From the NCBI RefSeq assembly GCF_001194135.2, contig NC_068982.1, positions 152,801,993 through 152,865,992 on the forward strand: a stretch of 64,000 nt of DNA. The letters are read 5' to 3'. Shown piece after piece: positions 38,885-53,170 of the stretch (positions are counted from its first letter, which is position 1; each line of letters opens with the position of its first letter). Made by a program: the position numbers and the translations under genes. Source of the DNA: Octopus bimaculoides. Its lineage: Eukaryota. The notes below the pieces were generated by a model, which saw nothing but the letters and a program-made list of their open reading frames with translations, was not told the origin of the DNA and made no database searches.

Positions 38885-39400
38885 GCCTAAAAGTTGCTGC
38901 GCGGTGGTGTGGAACTCGAAACCACATTCATTGCAAAACAAGCTACTTCATAATCAGTCTTGCATGAATAAACACACAGAAATACACACACTTGTGTATG
39001 TGTATGTGCGAAGAATATAGGTTTAAAATTTTGGCGCAAGATCAGAATATTCGGGGAAGGGGATTGTAAGTGGTTTACATCAACCCAGTGTTCAACTAAT
39101 ACTTCTTTTGTAGACCTCGAAAGGATAAAAGCAAAGTCGATCTTCACGGAATTTGAACTTAGAACGTATATCTTCACGGAATTTGAACTTTGAACGTATA
39201 TCTTCACGGAATGGTTTCACATTTGAGCACAAGATCAGCAATTTCGGGGGAGGGGCTAAGTTGATTACATCAATCCTAGTGCTCAACTGGTACTTATTTA
39301 ATCAACCTTGAAAACATGAAAAGCAAATTAGACCTTGGCGAAAAAATGCACGAAGAATAGAGAGCGTCTGCGAAAAGGGCAGTGGTAATGCTCGAAATAA
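38885..39400 (-). mobile_element. SINE cluster: family B head followed by two family A copies
   Basis: catcaacccagtg..ctcgaaaggataaaagcaaagtcga..ggaatttgaact and a second catcaatcctagtg..gaaaagcaaattagaccttggcg. Confidence 0.7.
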
Positions 39401-39452
39401 TAATATGAGAGAAAATTTTATGATATGTGGAGCTCTAATTTAAATTGATATA

Positions 39453-39847
39453 TTGGATCATCTCATAAATAATGAAGTTTTTTTATACTTCATTTATTTA
39501 TCGAAATTAAGATGAACAAAGTTCTTTTTTAATCTAAAATATACTCTCTTCATTTTCTACAATGATCTTCTATATATCTAGTAGACTTTCAAGGCCCCTC
39601 TTCCAAAATTCACTTGTCTGTGACGAAAAATACTCCTCCCGTCCAAATGATTTTGAAGACTGCGGAATAAATGATAATCAGATGGGACAACGTCCGTTTC
39701 CCATTCATATCGCTTCAGCCTTTGGAATGTCATCCTCACTGTATGTGGCCGAGCATTATCCTGATAGAAGAACACCTTTCAATAATATTTACTTTATTTT
39801 ACAGGAATATCAATTCAACACCAACATATTACTAGGACTTTGTTTTA
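39453..39847 (-). mobile_element. Mariner 3'-end remnant
   Basis: TA|TTGGATCATCTCATAAAT TIR-like end; FFYQDNARPHT..DVVPSDYHLFRSLQNHL; similar to 58969-59300. Confidence 0.8.
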
Positions 39848-40733
39848 GGAGGTCTGATCAATACATACTCGGACTGTTGCCATAGTAACGAAGCTAAAGC
39901 ACGCAGAGTGAAGTTACTCAAATTGACATTGAAAGCTGCTGTGGATGCGCACTAAATTTTAATGTTCTAGCTCACTTCCGCTGTTTGCAGCAGTGCTTGG
40001 AAGGAAGGTGTGTAGCATATGATCATCGCATTGACCATGACGGAGAAAGTTGCCATGGTGGTACCTGCTCAGACGCCTACAAAAAGTCGTAGAATATGTA
40101 TGGAGAGGAGTGTATGAGCTGCACACGAGTGTACGAGTGTTTCAGATATTTCAGGATGGCCGAAAAAATGTCGATATTGACGAACATTCTGGGAGACCCG
40201 CAACCAGCAAAACTGAAAACTTCACAGCAGTGCGTGCAGCTCTCAGGGGAAATCGTCGAATCACCATGGGTAAACTATCAGAAGATGTGCAGATTAGTAA
40301 CGCTTCAGTACAGTCCATTATCCCTGAAGATTTGGGTATGAGACGTGTACCTGCCAGGTTTGTGCCAAAACTGCTTTCAGATGACCAAAAAGATACTCGG
40401 GTTTCAGTGGCACAAGATCTCTTTGACTGTTTCGAGAACGATGAAAAGTTTTGAAAATTTGCGTAGGTTTCTGAGCAGGTATCGCCAAGCTTTTGACAAA
40501 ATTTGATGCAGATTCTCTACTCAAATTTCTCTGTCATGTTCAGTGCGAAACATCACACGTTACACATCTTCCTTTCAAACACTGCTGTAAACAGTAGAAG
40601 TGTGCTAGAAAACGTTAAAACTTAATGCGTATGCACAACAGAGTTCAAGATCAATTTGTCCTAGTGGCTTCACTCTGCATGCTTTAGCTTCGTTACTATG
40701 GTGACAATCCGGATACTTATTGATCAGACCACG
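39848..40733 (+). mobile_element. 886-bp fold-back mariner derivative with two 5' ends
   Basis: TA|GGAGGTCTGATCAATA ... TATTGATCAGACCACG|TA. 39848-~40090 and ~40455-40733 are imperfect inverted copies that both include the transposase start; the middle encodes YGEECMSCTRVYE..SGRP..RVPARFVPKLL, and the catalytic domain is absent. Confidence 0.85.
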
Positions 40734-41302
40734 TATAATATCACAGACGAATAAGTCGAAAAATTCTGCCTAACAGTACTATTACTAAACATGTAACATA
40801 GCTCTTATTATATATCACAGCCCTAACTTTTCTGCTAATCTGTCGCTCACAATATATAACAAAGATAATTATGTGGTACAATGTTCTCGTCCCATTTGCA
40901 AGAAATAACTGCTATACCTCTATTAAAAGACAACCCACATTCTTAAAATTTGAAAGATATATTGGCCAAAGGGGTTCTAGATAAGGAAGAAAAAAAAACG
41001 AAAGGATATGACTGAAATGCTTTTGAACCTAGGAATGTACAACCAGGTTTGTCATTCGACAAAACCGCGGTCCGATGTTCTAGCTTTGCTCATGGGGCAG
41101 TTATCTATCTATCCTGTTATTATATATATATAGATGTGTTTTTCAGGCAGCTATAAGAGGTTTAACTCTTATTTCTAGCAATAACTGTGCTTTAAAACAC
41201 CCACAGTCAAAATTAGTGACGACTAAATTTTTCTTGTATGGCTTTGTATTGAGGCAAATTGCTTACATTAATTTTTGTCATCTATCAATCTATCTGTCTA
41301 TT

Positions 41303-41357
<55 letters not shown>

Positions 41358-41564
41358 NNNNNNNNNNNNNNNNNNNNNNNNNNNNNNNNNNNNNNNNNNN
41401 NNNNNNNNNNNNNNNNNNNNNNNNNNNNNNNNNNNNNNNNNNNNNNNNNNNNNNNNNNNNNNNNNNNNNNNNNNNNNNNNNNNNNNNNNNNNNNNNNNNN
41501 NNNNNNNNNNNNNNNNNNNNNNNNNNNNNNNNNNNNNNNATATTATTTATATGAATAGATGGTT

Positions 41565-41938
41565 GGCACTCCGTCGGTTACGACGACGAGGGTTCCAGTT
41601 GATCCGAAACAGCCTGCTCGTGAAATTAACGTGCAAGTGCCTGAGCACTCCACAGACATGTGTAGCCTTAACGTAGCTCTTGGGGATATTCAGCGTGACA
41701 CAGAGTGTAACAAGGCTGGCCCTTTGAAATACAGGTACAACAGAAATAGGAAGAAAGAGTGAGAGAAAGTTGTGGTGATAGACTACAGCAGGGTTCACCT
41801 TCATCCCCTGTCGGAACCTCGAGGAACTTTAGGTGGTTTCGCTCAATAAACACTCACAATGCCCGGTCTGGGAATCGAAGCCGCGATCCTACAGCCACGA
41901 GTCCGCTGCTCTAACCACTGGGCCATTGCGCCTCCACA
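41565..41938 (-). mobile_element. tRNA-derived SINE, family C, well preserved
   Basis: Reverse complement gtggaggcgcaatggcccagtggttagagcagcggactc..gcttcgattcccagaccggg: clear tRNA-like head with A and B boxes and a non-tRNA body, so not a tRNA gene. Confidence 0.85.
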
Positions 41939-42449
41939 TATGAATAGAACACAATTTCTAAATTTCAATGTCAGAACGGTCAAAATCTGTTTGTTTCCGT
42001 TTCATTAATAGAAGGTATTCATCAATTCATTACCAGCGTGAGGTTTCGCCATAATATTACTTTAATAAAATTCAGTCTAAGTTTTAAAGATAATATTTCG
42101 TTCTCTAACATTGAGCAACGTCTCCAAAAATTGTTCACCTCAGAATCAAAGAAATTGAATTATACAAAATGTTTCAAAAAATATACAATATTAAAATGTT
42201 GAATTAAGATCGTAAAATTGATTTCAAGTTTAAAGAGAAAGTTGTTCCTTAAAGCATTATGGCAGTGAAAAAACATAGGGCTAGAGATAGTAAAACTAGA
42301 GATAAAATGTAACTGTCAAAAATATTTATGAAAACAAGAGGTTAATACATACATATACGCATACACGCATATATCATATAGAAATGTACGTTATATATAT
42401 TTGGTACAAATATATATATGTTTATAGGTATATGCATTATATATATATA

Positions 42450-42500
<51 letters not shown>

Positions 42501-43448
42501 NNNNNNNNNNNNNNNNNNNNNNNNNNNNNNNNNNNNNNNNNNNNNNNNNNNNNNNNNNNNNNNNNNNNNNNNNNNNNNNNNNNNNNNNNNNNNNNNNNNN
42601 NNNNNNNNNNNNNNNNNNNNNNNNNNNNNNNNNNNNNNNNNNNNNNNNNNNNNNNNNNNNNNNNNNNNNNNNNNNNNNNNNNNNNNNNNNNNNNNNNNNN
42701 NNNNNNNNNNNNNNNNNNNNNNNNNNNNNNNNNNNNNNNNNNNNNNNNNNNNNNNNNNNNNNNNNNNNNNNNNNNNNNNNNNNNNNNNNNNNNNNNNNNN
42801 NNNNNNNNNNNNNNNNNNNNNNNNNNNNNNNNNNNNNNNNNNNNNNNNNNNNNNNNNNNNNNNNNNNNNNNNNNNNNNNNNNNNNNNNNNNNNNNNNNNN
42901 NNNNNNNNNNNNNNNNNNNNNNNNNNNNNNNNNNNNNNNNNNNNNNNNNNNNNNNNNNNNNNNNNNNNNNNNNNNNNNNNNNNNNNNNNNNNNNNNNNNN
43001 NNNNNNNNNNNNNNNNNNNNNNNNNNNNNNNNNNNNNNNNNNNNNNNNNNNNNNNNNNNNNNNNNNNNNNNNNNNNNNNNNNNNNNNNNNNNNNNNNNNN
43101 NNNNNNNNNNNNNNNNNNNNNNNNNNNNNNNNNNNNNNNNNNNNNNNNNNNNNNNNNNNNNNNNNNNNNNNNNNNNNNNNNNNNNNNNNNNNNNNNNNNN
43201 NNNNNNNNNNNNNNNNNNNNNNNNNNNNNNNNNNNNNNNNNNNNNNNNNNNNNNNNNNNNNNNNNNNNNNNNNNNNNNNNNNNNNNNNNNNNNNNNNNNN
43301 NNNNNNNNNNNNNNNNNNNNNNNNNNNNNNNNNNNNNNNNNNNNNNNNNNNNNNNNNNNNNNNNNNNNNNNNNNNNNNNNNNNNNNNNNNNNNNNNNNNN
43401 NNNNNNNNNNNNNNNNNNNNNNNNNNNNNNNNNNNNNNNNNNNNNNNN
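42501..43448. other. Largest assembly gap (other large gaps near 13.7, 29.6, 33.7, 46.8, 49.6 and 60.4 kb)
   Basis: Runs of N, mostly flanked by (TA)n; the long X-containing ORFs are artefacts of these gaps. Confidence 0.98.
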
Positions 43449-43485
<37 letters not shown>

Positions 43486-43699
43486 CGTAAAACAGAATGT
43501 TTGCAGTAAAAAGGCCGAAAAGTATCCGACGTTCTCGGTGGCCTATGCTAGGATTAATTTCATCTCTCTCTGATGGTTAGTGTGTTTTGTTTGTACACAG
43601 CGTATCCATAAGAGGAGACATTTCTGAAAAGATATGCCGTCAGTTTATATATATTTACCATATGAATTTATGGTTAATTCTGCAAAATGCTAATGTGAA

Positions 43700-44085
43700 A
43701 ATTATATCTGTTATCTTCTACTTGTTTCAATATTTAGGCTGCAGTAATGCTGGGGCATCACATTGAAGAGTTTTTAGTCGAACGAATCGACTCCAGTACT
43801 ATTTTCAAAGCCTGTACTTATTCTATTGATATCGTTTGCTGAATTTTTAAGTTACGGAGATGTAAGCATATTACCTAAGATTGTTAAGTTGTTATGGGGA
43901 AAACAAACACAGAGATAAAGACGCACACATATGAATATATACATATATATATATACAACGAGCTTCTTTTAGTTTCAGTTTACCAAATTCATTCACAAGG
44001 CTTTGGCCGGCCAGAGGCTATAGTGGAAAACACATGCCCAAGATGCCACGCAGTGGGTCTGAACACGGAACTACGATACGCACAC
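43700..44085 (-). mobile_element. SINE family B with internal (CA)/(TA) tract
   Basis: cttctacttgtttca..gctggggcatc..gtcgaacgaatcgactccagtac.. then gaggctatagtggaaaacacatgcccaagatgccacgcagtggg. Confidence 0.75.
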
Positions 44086-45779
44086 ACACACACACACACA
44101 CATGCATGTGTATAATTACAAACACGAATATATATATATATGAGAGTCTGTATGTGTGTGTGTGTAATTATGTATATAATTGGACATTTCAAAGAAGACT
44201 AAATATTTCACAATATCCTAACAACAGCTGTGCCTGAATGACTCACATGTAACATTACTATATCAACAACTATAGCTAACTTAATAGCAACACCTATATA
44301 TATACGCGGTTATATACCACGCAAGAATGACATCTACAGGGATAAAAATCCAAAGTGATGTGATTGTTGCGTGCTATTAAAATTCTATTATCATAATTGA
44401 TATTTTAAAGATACCAAACATTGATTGAGACAAATTTTGGATCGAATATTTCCTAAATTCGTTGTCATTGTTTCTGATATTCATTTATGTTTGTCTTTTG
44501 ATTAACTCATATAATCTTTTCTTGAGAGTATGCAAAATTGCAGTAAATAGCATTTTATAACACACATACACACACACTCACACACACACACACACACACA
44601 CGCGCGCACACACGCACACACACACATACATACACACACAAACACATACACAGCGCACACACACATGTCCATAGGTATATGCATAAGTTGAAATATCTAT
44701 ATATTTATACGCTTATACGTATACGTGAAATATGTATATATTTATACACGTACCTATATTTCTGTGTCTGCGTGTAGTTGTTCTGAAAATCTAAGCATTT
44801 TCACGACAGTTAAGCTTCTCATTCTGAAGCATATTTTTTTTTTTTTTCATTTTTGCTAACTCTATATGCAACATTTCTCAATCATTCATTATTAAATATA
44901 TAGCAATTGATATTTATTACATTCTGTATGCAGCTCTCGATCATTTTATTTCGTTTTCTTCTCCATCTTGCACTAAAACTTTCAAATCATTGTGGACAGT
45001 TAGAATATGTGCTATTTTACTCTTATGAGATGCGTTAAATTCAGATGAGTTTATGTCCTATTCTTTGGATACAGTAAAGATTGAAAGTGTCTAATATTTC
45101 GGACACATTCCTTGGCAGACGTCACTTGGTCAGCCTGTCGAAGGACTTTTTTTTTTACAAAGTGTCTGACTTTATAAGTCCTCACAACAAATATATACGA
45201 CCTGCAAATCTTTTGAATTTTGACAATACTATCATCAATGCAGACTATGAATAATTTCTTAGATGCCGAATTTTACCTCGGCTCGCGACAAATAGTTTGC
45301 ATGTGCCTCCATACACTTACAGAATAATATAGAGAAAATACTGGTTCGAGAAAAAGACGTATAGCTGAGTAACAAATGTCTCCTTGTGTATTTGAAAGCG
45401 ATAATGATAAAATAAAAGAAAGAAATGATATGATAGTTGCATTGTATGATTAGAAAAAGAATTCAGATAACATATTTGATGGAGTAACATGCTGGATGTC
45501 TACAATTGGAAAATACGGCATCTACTGCTGAAGTTCTCACTTTTAACAGCAGGCGTTTGTAGGCATAACCAGAAAGAGCATCTTTTTTTATAGTTATGGA
45601 AGTTATTAACTGTCTTCACTCCTTATTTGCATATAACTTATAAAATGAATATGCATTATTATTAGGGAAATTAAGATACAATTATTTTGAAGATAGAAGT
45701 TAACCTATCTTCTTTTCCTCCTTCACATGGATAAGCTACCTTCTAAGGATCTTTTCCACTGGCCGACATCTTGGCTGGA

Positions 45780-46090
45780 CGAAGTTGCTAAGGCCTTTAT
45801 GGAGCAGTGGATTTTCGGATTTGAGTCCAACTTTCTTACGGAACCAGCACGAAATTGTGAAGCCGTTTATCAGCTAGCAGTTCTTGATATTGTGAGATAT
45901 TTCAAATTCCAGCTTCAGACAGCCCAAATAAATCCCAGTACGTACATTCGACTCTTACTAATATGCACACTCTCCATGGTGAAGTTCAGACGTGTATCTA
46001 TCCTACATTAACATTTACATGGTACAGCTATTAAATTACTAAGACGTATGACAGCACTTATCCAATACGAGTTTCGCAGGACTTTTCAAC
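45780..46090 (+). mobile_element. Highly decayed CR1/L2-like RT relic
   Basis: GFSDLSPTFLRN..IVKPFI, FQLQTAQINP (~LKTAxIxPI), QLLNY..QYEFRR (~QLYNYL..QYGFR). Confidence 0.45.
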
Positions 46091-49000
46091 TGCCTGCATA
46101 TGTTTATTCACTGCTACACATTCAATAAACACCCACAAATGAATGTAAACGAAAGGATTACTGAAGTTAGATTGTGAAAATGTAAAAAAAAATATAAAAA
46201 AAACAAAAAAAACAATGGCTAATTATAATAAACTGACTGTACAGAATTTACTGTTAAATTAGAATATTTTATTTCGAGGTACATATGTGTATATAGTGGA
46301 AAGGCATTTTGAGTTTAATATAATTATGAGAAATATAATTTTGCAAGTAAGAGAAAGAGAAAATTATAACAATATTTGAAATGACAGAAACAATGTAAGC
46401 TAGAATAAATGATGTGAATGATATGAATTGATTTGAAAACGTATTTAAAATGTAAAAATCAGTGTATAATTGTCCGTGTAAATCGGTGCAGTAGGAATAT
46501 TTTGTCATGTTGATAAAATCATGTGCGTAAATCCATTTTCCAATGTATATAAATTAACTTAGTAAAGAACAATCCTATCAAACAAGCAATAATATGTAGA
46601 AACAAGAAACAATCAAATCATTATAATATATTTTCATCTCCAGTTTTGTTTTAGACTTTGATGTACAAATTTTTATGTCTGAATATACAATCAGTGAGAC
46701 GAGGGAAGTGGATTATATATATTTATATATATGTATATATATGTATATATGTATATATANNNNNNNNNNNNNNNNNNNNNNNNNNNNNNNNNNNNNNNNN
46801 NNNNNNNNNNNNNNNNNNNNNNNNNNNNNNNNNNNNNNNNNNNNNNNNNNNNNNNNNNNNNNNNNNNNNNNNNNNNNNNNNNNNNNNNNNNNNNNNNNNN
46901 NNNNNNNNNNNNNNNNNNNNNNNNNNNNNNNNNNNNNNNNNNNNNNNNNNNNNNNNNNNNNNNNNNNNNNNNNNNNNNNNNNNNNNNNNNNNNNNNNNNN
47001 NNNNNNNNNNNNNNNNNNNNNNNNNNNNNNNNNNNNNNNNNNNNNNNNNNNNNNNNNNNNNNNNNNNNNNNNNNNNNNNNNNNNNNNNNNNNNNNNNNNN
47101 NNNNNNNNNNNNNNNNNNNNNNNNNNNNNNNNNNNNNNNNNNNNNNNNNNNNNNNNNNNNNNNNNNNNNNNNNNNNNNNNNNNNNNNNNNNNNNNNNNNN
47201 NNNNNNNNNNNNNNNNNNNNNNNNNNNNNNNNNNNNNNNNNNNNNNNNNNNNNNNNNNNNNNNNNNNNNNNNNNNNNNNNNNNNNNNNNNNNNNNNNNNN
47301 NNNNNNNNNNNNNNNNNNNNNNNNNNNNNNNNNNNNNNNNNNNNNNNNNNNNNNNNNNNNNNNNNNNNNNNNNNNNNNNNNNNNNNNNNNNNNNNNNNNN
47401 NNNNNNNNNNNNNNNNNNNNNNNNNNNNNNNNNNNNNNNNNNNNNNNNNNNNNNNNNNNNNNNNTATATATATATATATATATATTTACATTGCATATCT
47501 TCATCACTGCAAGGATTTCTTCACGGGTCTTTTCGGCGCTGGACGATTATTTTCGATATTGCCCAAATTAGAAGTGCTTAAGAAGTTGCGGTAATATCTC
47601 ATTTATAGTAGTTGTTCCGTTAACTCTATCTCAGCAGTGAGAAACGATGCTTCATATACATATACAGTCACGGAAGGTACCAGTGCAAGTACTAATTTTC
47701 TTTACATGTTCGTGATCCGATCACTCCATATTGGTGAAGAAAAGGTTTCTGAGACATGCATGGCCATTTAACAAGAGAGATTGACCTAGCAAATTTCAGG
47801 TTTCAGGAATCATAGAATGAAAAGGAGTTGGAGAAAGAACAAAATGAATGCATAACATAAAAAATTGGGAATCAAATCAATAGCAGATCCATCTAGCACC
47901 CAAACACAACAAATCGTGAAGACTGGTAGACCGCATGTCAAAACAGTGGCCTATGACTCCATTTGAAACTGAGTTCGCAAAATTATATCATTTATATATA
48001 CACGCAAAAAAAAACAAAAAAAAAAAAACAGACATGCATATATATACATATATGCCCGTATACATAAGTATGTATGTATATCTATAATAACAAAGACGAA
48101 ATTCTTTCTGCCCGACCCTTGTATCTCAGTCTACAATTGCTCTACATAGACATATGATACCATTTTGGGATCAGGACTAACCGCTGCGGCTAGCATTTAC
48201 GATAATTTTCATTTAAGGGGTGAAATGAAATGGATATAGCATTTATTCCCATTCCCCTTAACACGTTTCACAAAGTTATAACAGTATTTTTCTCGTAATT
48301 TGTATTCTAGAAGGAATAGGTATGTCATTTGAGCCTGAACGATTACCAGATCGTACACGGTAGATTATGCAAGCATGTCCGATTACTATATTATTCATGC
48401 ATGAAATTCGAAGTAGCTTGTGTATGACTCTTCTATGTATGACATACATTCATTCATACATACATACATACATACATACATACATACATACATGTATGCG
48501 TGCATACATACATACATACATACATACATACATACATACATACATAAATACATACATACACGCACACACACATGCGCACATATATGAGTCTGTGCATAAA
48601 GTAGCGCCTTAGTGTTTTCTATTGCTGATAGACATTATGCAGCTTACTTCATATCTCGTCCTTACAAGAATCAATACGGCAACCAACTGTAATACTTCTC
48701 ACTTATCGACCACAATACCGCAACTTGATCAGAGACATGCATCTTACACATCATTCGTTTTCCCTGCACGAAGTAAAAGAACTCGATATGTTCCATTAAA
48801 ACTGAACAGAAACGGATGCACAATTTACAACTTACACATTTATAGATATTCAGAATCTCTATTCGAAAATAACTTTTCTTTCAATTTGACTCGTACTGAG
48901 ACTGCACGAAGTGTGCTAATGAATTCTTGAAACACTAAATTACTTCTGCCAGCGTAAAATCTTTGTCTCCTTGTTAGTCCATTGTAAAAAGAAGAACTGT

Positions 49001-49534
49001 GATTCATATTCAACCTGTGTAACCTATTTTGTATATACAAATCACTTTACAAACATTCTTTCCCAAACATTTCCGCGAAGAATTTATGAATCTTGTTCTC
49101 TAGAACACATGAACAAGAGAGCTATATGATCATACGAACTGTCATATATATCATTTTGAGGTGCAGCGTTAAACAACACATGAAATGCTCGTTTTATATA
49201 CTTGTCAAATAATACTTACCACAGGTTTACATTTTGTAGAAATTAATCGGTGATGGTTGCACAAATGCGACAAATGTGTAGAAGTTGTATAGAAGACTTT
49301 ATTATTAGTTTTCCACATGTGGATTATAAACAATTCCATCACGTTATAAGAGAAGTCATGTGATTGCCTGCAGGGACTCAGAAGAGACGCCAGAATCATG
49401 GAGTCAGGATACTGATGAGAAATATACGTCTGTCAACCACACGCATTGAAATTATTTAATTACATTATTATTAGCCTTTTAGCAACTTAGCCTATCTACA
49501 GATACTACAGATAAACATATACGTATTCTGTATG

Positions 49535-49577
<43 letters not shown>

Positions 49578-50471
49578 NNNNNNNNNNNNNNNNNNNNNNN
49601 NNNNNNNNNNNNNNNNNNNNNNNNNNNNNNNNNNNNNNNNNNNNNNNNNNNNNNNNNNNNNNNNNNNNNNNNNNNNNNNNNNNNNNNNNNNNNNNNNNNN
49701 NNNNNNNNNNNNNNNNNNNNNNNNNNNNNNNNNNNNNNNNNNNNNNNNNNNNNNNNNNNNNNNNNNNNNNNNNNNNNNNNNNNNNNNNNNNNNNNNNNNN
49801 NNNNNNNNNNNNNNNNNNNNNNNNNNNNNNNNNNNNNNNNNNNNNNNNNNNNNNNNNNNNNNNNNNNNNNNNNNNNNNNNNNNNNNNNNNNNNNNNNNNN
49901 NNNNNNNNNNNNNNNNNNNNNNNNNNNNNNNNNNNNNNNNNNNNNNNNNNNNNNNNNNNNNNNNNNNNNNNNNNNNNNNNNNNNNNNNNNNNNNNNNNNN
50001 NNNNNNNNNNNNNNNNNNNNNNNNNNNNNNNNNNNNNNNNNNNNNNNNNNNNNNNNNNNNNNNNNNNNNNNNNNNNNNNNNNNNNNNNNNNNNNNNNNNN
50101 NNNNNNNNNNNNNNNNNNNNNNNNNNNNNNNNNNNNNNNNNNNNNNNNNNNNNNNNNNNNNNNNNNNNNNNNNNNNNNNNNNNNNNNNNNNNNNNNNNNN
50201 NNNNNNNNNNNNNNNNNNNNNNNNNNNNNNNNNNNNNNNNNNNNNNNNNNNNNNNNNNNNNNNNNNNNNNNNNNNNNNNNNNNNNNNNNNNNNNNNNNNN
50301 NNNNNNNNNNNNNNNNNNNNNNNNNNNNNNNNNNNNNNNNNNNNNNNNNNNNNNNNNNNNNNNNNNNNNNNNNNNNNNNNNNNNNNNNNNNNNNNNNNNN
50401 NNNNNNNNNNNNNNNNNNNNNNNNNNNNTATATATATATATATATATATATATACTTACATACATACATAC

Positions 50472-50505
<34 letters not shown>

Positions 50506-51914
50506 TTACATACATACATACATACATATATATATTATGCAGAAAGAGAGAGAGAGAGAGAGAGAGAGGGTGGGGGAGATACGGACGTGATGTGTTTGGG
50601 TAGACACATGTATGTATATACATAACTATCTATTTATTTATATAATATACTATATTATATTGTGTGTATGTGTGTGTGTCTAGATTTATACATACATGCA
50701 TATGTGTTCATATAAAATACAAACATACGTATATGTGTGTATGTATGCTTATAACGTATAGGTTAGTTTTGGGTTTTCATTCAAAAGACATAGTTCACTT
50801 CGAGTAGTCGTGGCAATCTGAGATAGTTATGCTCAGTTATTAGAACAATGGCCGTCATAATAACCATTCCATTTTAAATGCCAAACAGCGATTGATTAAT
50901 CAATTTAAAGAAGAAATAGTCTTCCTTGTCGCAACACTATTGGACGACCTTACTATGAACATGATCGAAACTGCAACTGTCAAATAATAATTGGCAAAAC
51001 TACTGAGAGAAAATCGATACAGACATTGAAGTATCTCAGAAATCGAGAAAATGTGAGAGGTAGATAAATATTTAAGCAGTGTTGAAAGTTTTTGCATAAT
51101 ATTAGTTATGCAACTCCCATAGACAACAACCAAACTCGAAACCAATATCACTGCAGACACGAATGAATATATGTGTGTACGTGTTCGTGTGTGCTTATTT
51201 GTGTGTGTTTGTGTTTGTGCTTTTTGTGTGTATCTTTGAATGTATCTATGTGTGTATAAATATATATATTTCAGCTAGTCGTCATAATTTCAAAATTTTG
51301 GTACAATATGATATAAATTTTGGCACAATATGATATACGAAATTATAATTAAACATATTCAACAATAAGTTAGGAAAGAAAAACAACTTTCATTATTGAT
51401 AAATACAGGCATGCATATATGTGTGTGTATCATACACACATTCACTTATATAGACACATATCTGTATATGTGTGTATGTAAGTATATGCGTTAGTGTTAT
51501 ATGCAAAATACATAGAAAAGAACATTAACTGAGAGTGCACTTCATTTAAGTCGAGTGTAAAATTATTTTTACAAGTCAATATTTGACAATGGTTTGTAGA
51601 TTTTCCTGTCTTTGCCTTTATAATACTGTAATCTTCGTATACTTATAGTCACTTGTGATATGCTTGGGTATATCTTGTGAGTATTACTGTAGTTATTGCA
51701 AGATAGTATGGTTTATACAGCATAAATCTGCCGTAATGTAATATTGAGTTGAATAATACAAGTTCCTGAAGATGGAATAATACAGTAAAAGAAATAAACA
51801 AATGTGATTCGGCTAATTCTTTCAAACATGCCTCTGAATTCATATATTACGAAAAACAACTTTTTAGAATCAAATTTTAAAGTCCACCAAATCAAAAGCA
51901 AGCTTAATCATCAT

Positions 51915-52248
51915 TCTTCTTCTTCTTCTTCTTCTTCTTCTTCTTCTTCTTCTTCTTCTTCTTCTTCTTCTTCTNNNNNNNNNNNNNNNNNNNNNNNNNN
52001 NNNNNNNNNNNNNNNNNNNNNNNNNNNNNNNNNNNNNNNNNNNNNNNNNNNNNNNNNNNNNNNNNNNNNNNNNNNNNNNNNNNNNNNNNNNNNNNNNNNN
52101 NNNNTCTTCGTCCTCGTCGTCTCCTCCTCCTCCTCTTCCTCCTATTCCTCCTCCTCTTCCTCCTATTCCTCCTCCTCTTCCTCCTCCTCCTCCTCCTCCT
52201 CTTCTTCTTCTTCTTCTTCTTCTTCTTCTTCTTCTTCTTCTTCTTCCA
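51915..52248. repeat. (TTC)n/(TCC)n microsatellite with gap
   Basis: Direct reading. Confidence 0.9.
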
Positions 52249-52257
52249 TACGACGAA

Positions 52258-52400
52258 CATCATTCAGTTTCTATCTGCCAAATCCACTCGCAAGGCTGTT
52301 TTGTTGAACTATCAACAAACGTACTCACTTGCTCAAGATGCCAAGCATTGTAGTTGAACTCGGAACCATGTGGCTGGAAAGTAAACTTTTTACAACACAC
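52258..52400 (-). mobile_element. SINE family B head, degenerate
   Basis: cagtttctatctgccaaatccactcgcaaggct..cacttgctcaagatgcca..gaactcggaaccatgtgg. Confidence 0.6.
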
Positions 52401-52527
52401 GTACTCACACAACACACACTCACAGACACAGACACAGACATACACACATATATTCATGTACATATTTACACATAAAGGTGTACATCTATATATTAGTGTG
52501 GGTGTGTATATATATCTACCCATATGC

Positions 52528-52634
<107 letters not shown>

Positions 52635-53126
52635 TATTTCTTTCTTCCTCTCTTTCTCTCTGAATCTATGAATGTGTGTGTGTTTGTGTGTTTGCGTGTG
52701 TGTTTGCGTGTGTGTTTGTGTGTGTATTTGTATGTGTGTTTGTGTGTGTATGTGAGTGTTTGTGCGTTCTCAGTTGACACGTATTTTATGGCTGACAAGA
52801 GTTAAAAGTATAAAGAGACTTAGGTTAATAGAGTAGAATAACGTAAGCTCTTTACCAGGAATTATTTTCTGTCTACCTGTATCTCTGTCTGTCTGTCTGT
52901 CTCTCTCTTTGTATATGAGTATCAGTATGCGAGTGTGTGTGTGTGTGTGTGTGTGGGTGCGCGCGCATGTGTACTCATAGACTAATAACAAACGCAGAAA
53001 ACGTATATGGTATTTTTCAGCTTTATATGGCTTACGTGTGTTTCCACAATCTGATTGACTCTATTGCGCGCTGCTATTGGCCTTACAAACCTCTAAATTA
53101 TGTGTATGTACATCTATCTATCTATT

Positions 53127-53170
<44 letters not shown>

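Noticed and set aside
41850-41938. tRNA gene
   Set aside because: The tRNA-like part is a SINE head fused to a ~290-bp body; no complete acceptor stem seen.
45727-46011. 94-aa protein-like ORF MDKLPSKDLF..
   Set aside because: Overlaps decayed RT motifs in shifting frames; no recognisable host domain.
42384-50603. Long 250-370 aa ORFs in the ORF track
   Set aside because: Composed of N-gap X residues and (TA)n translations.
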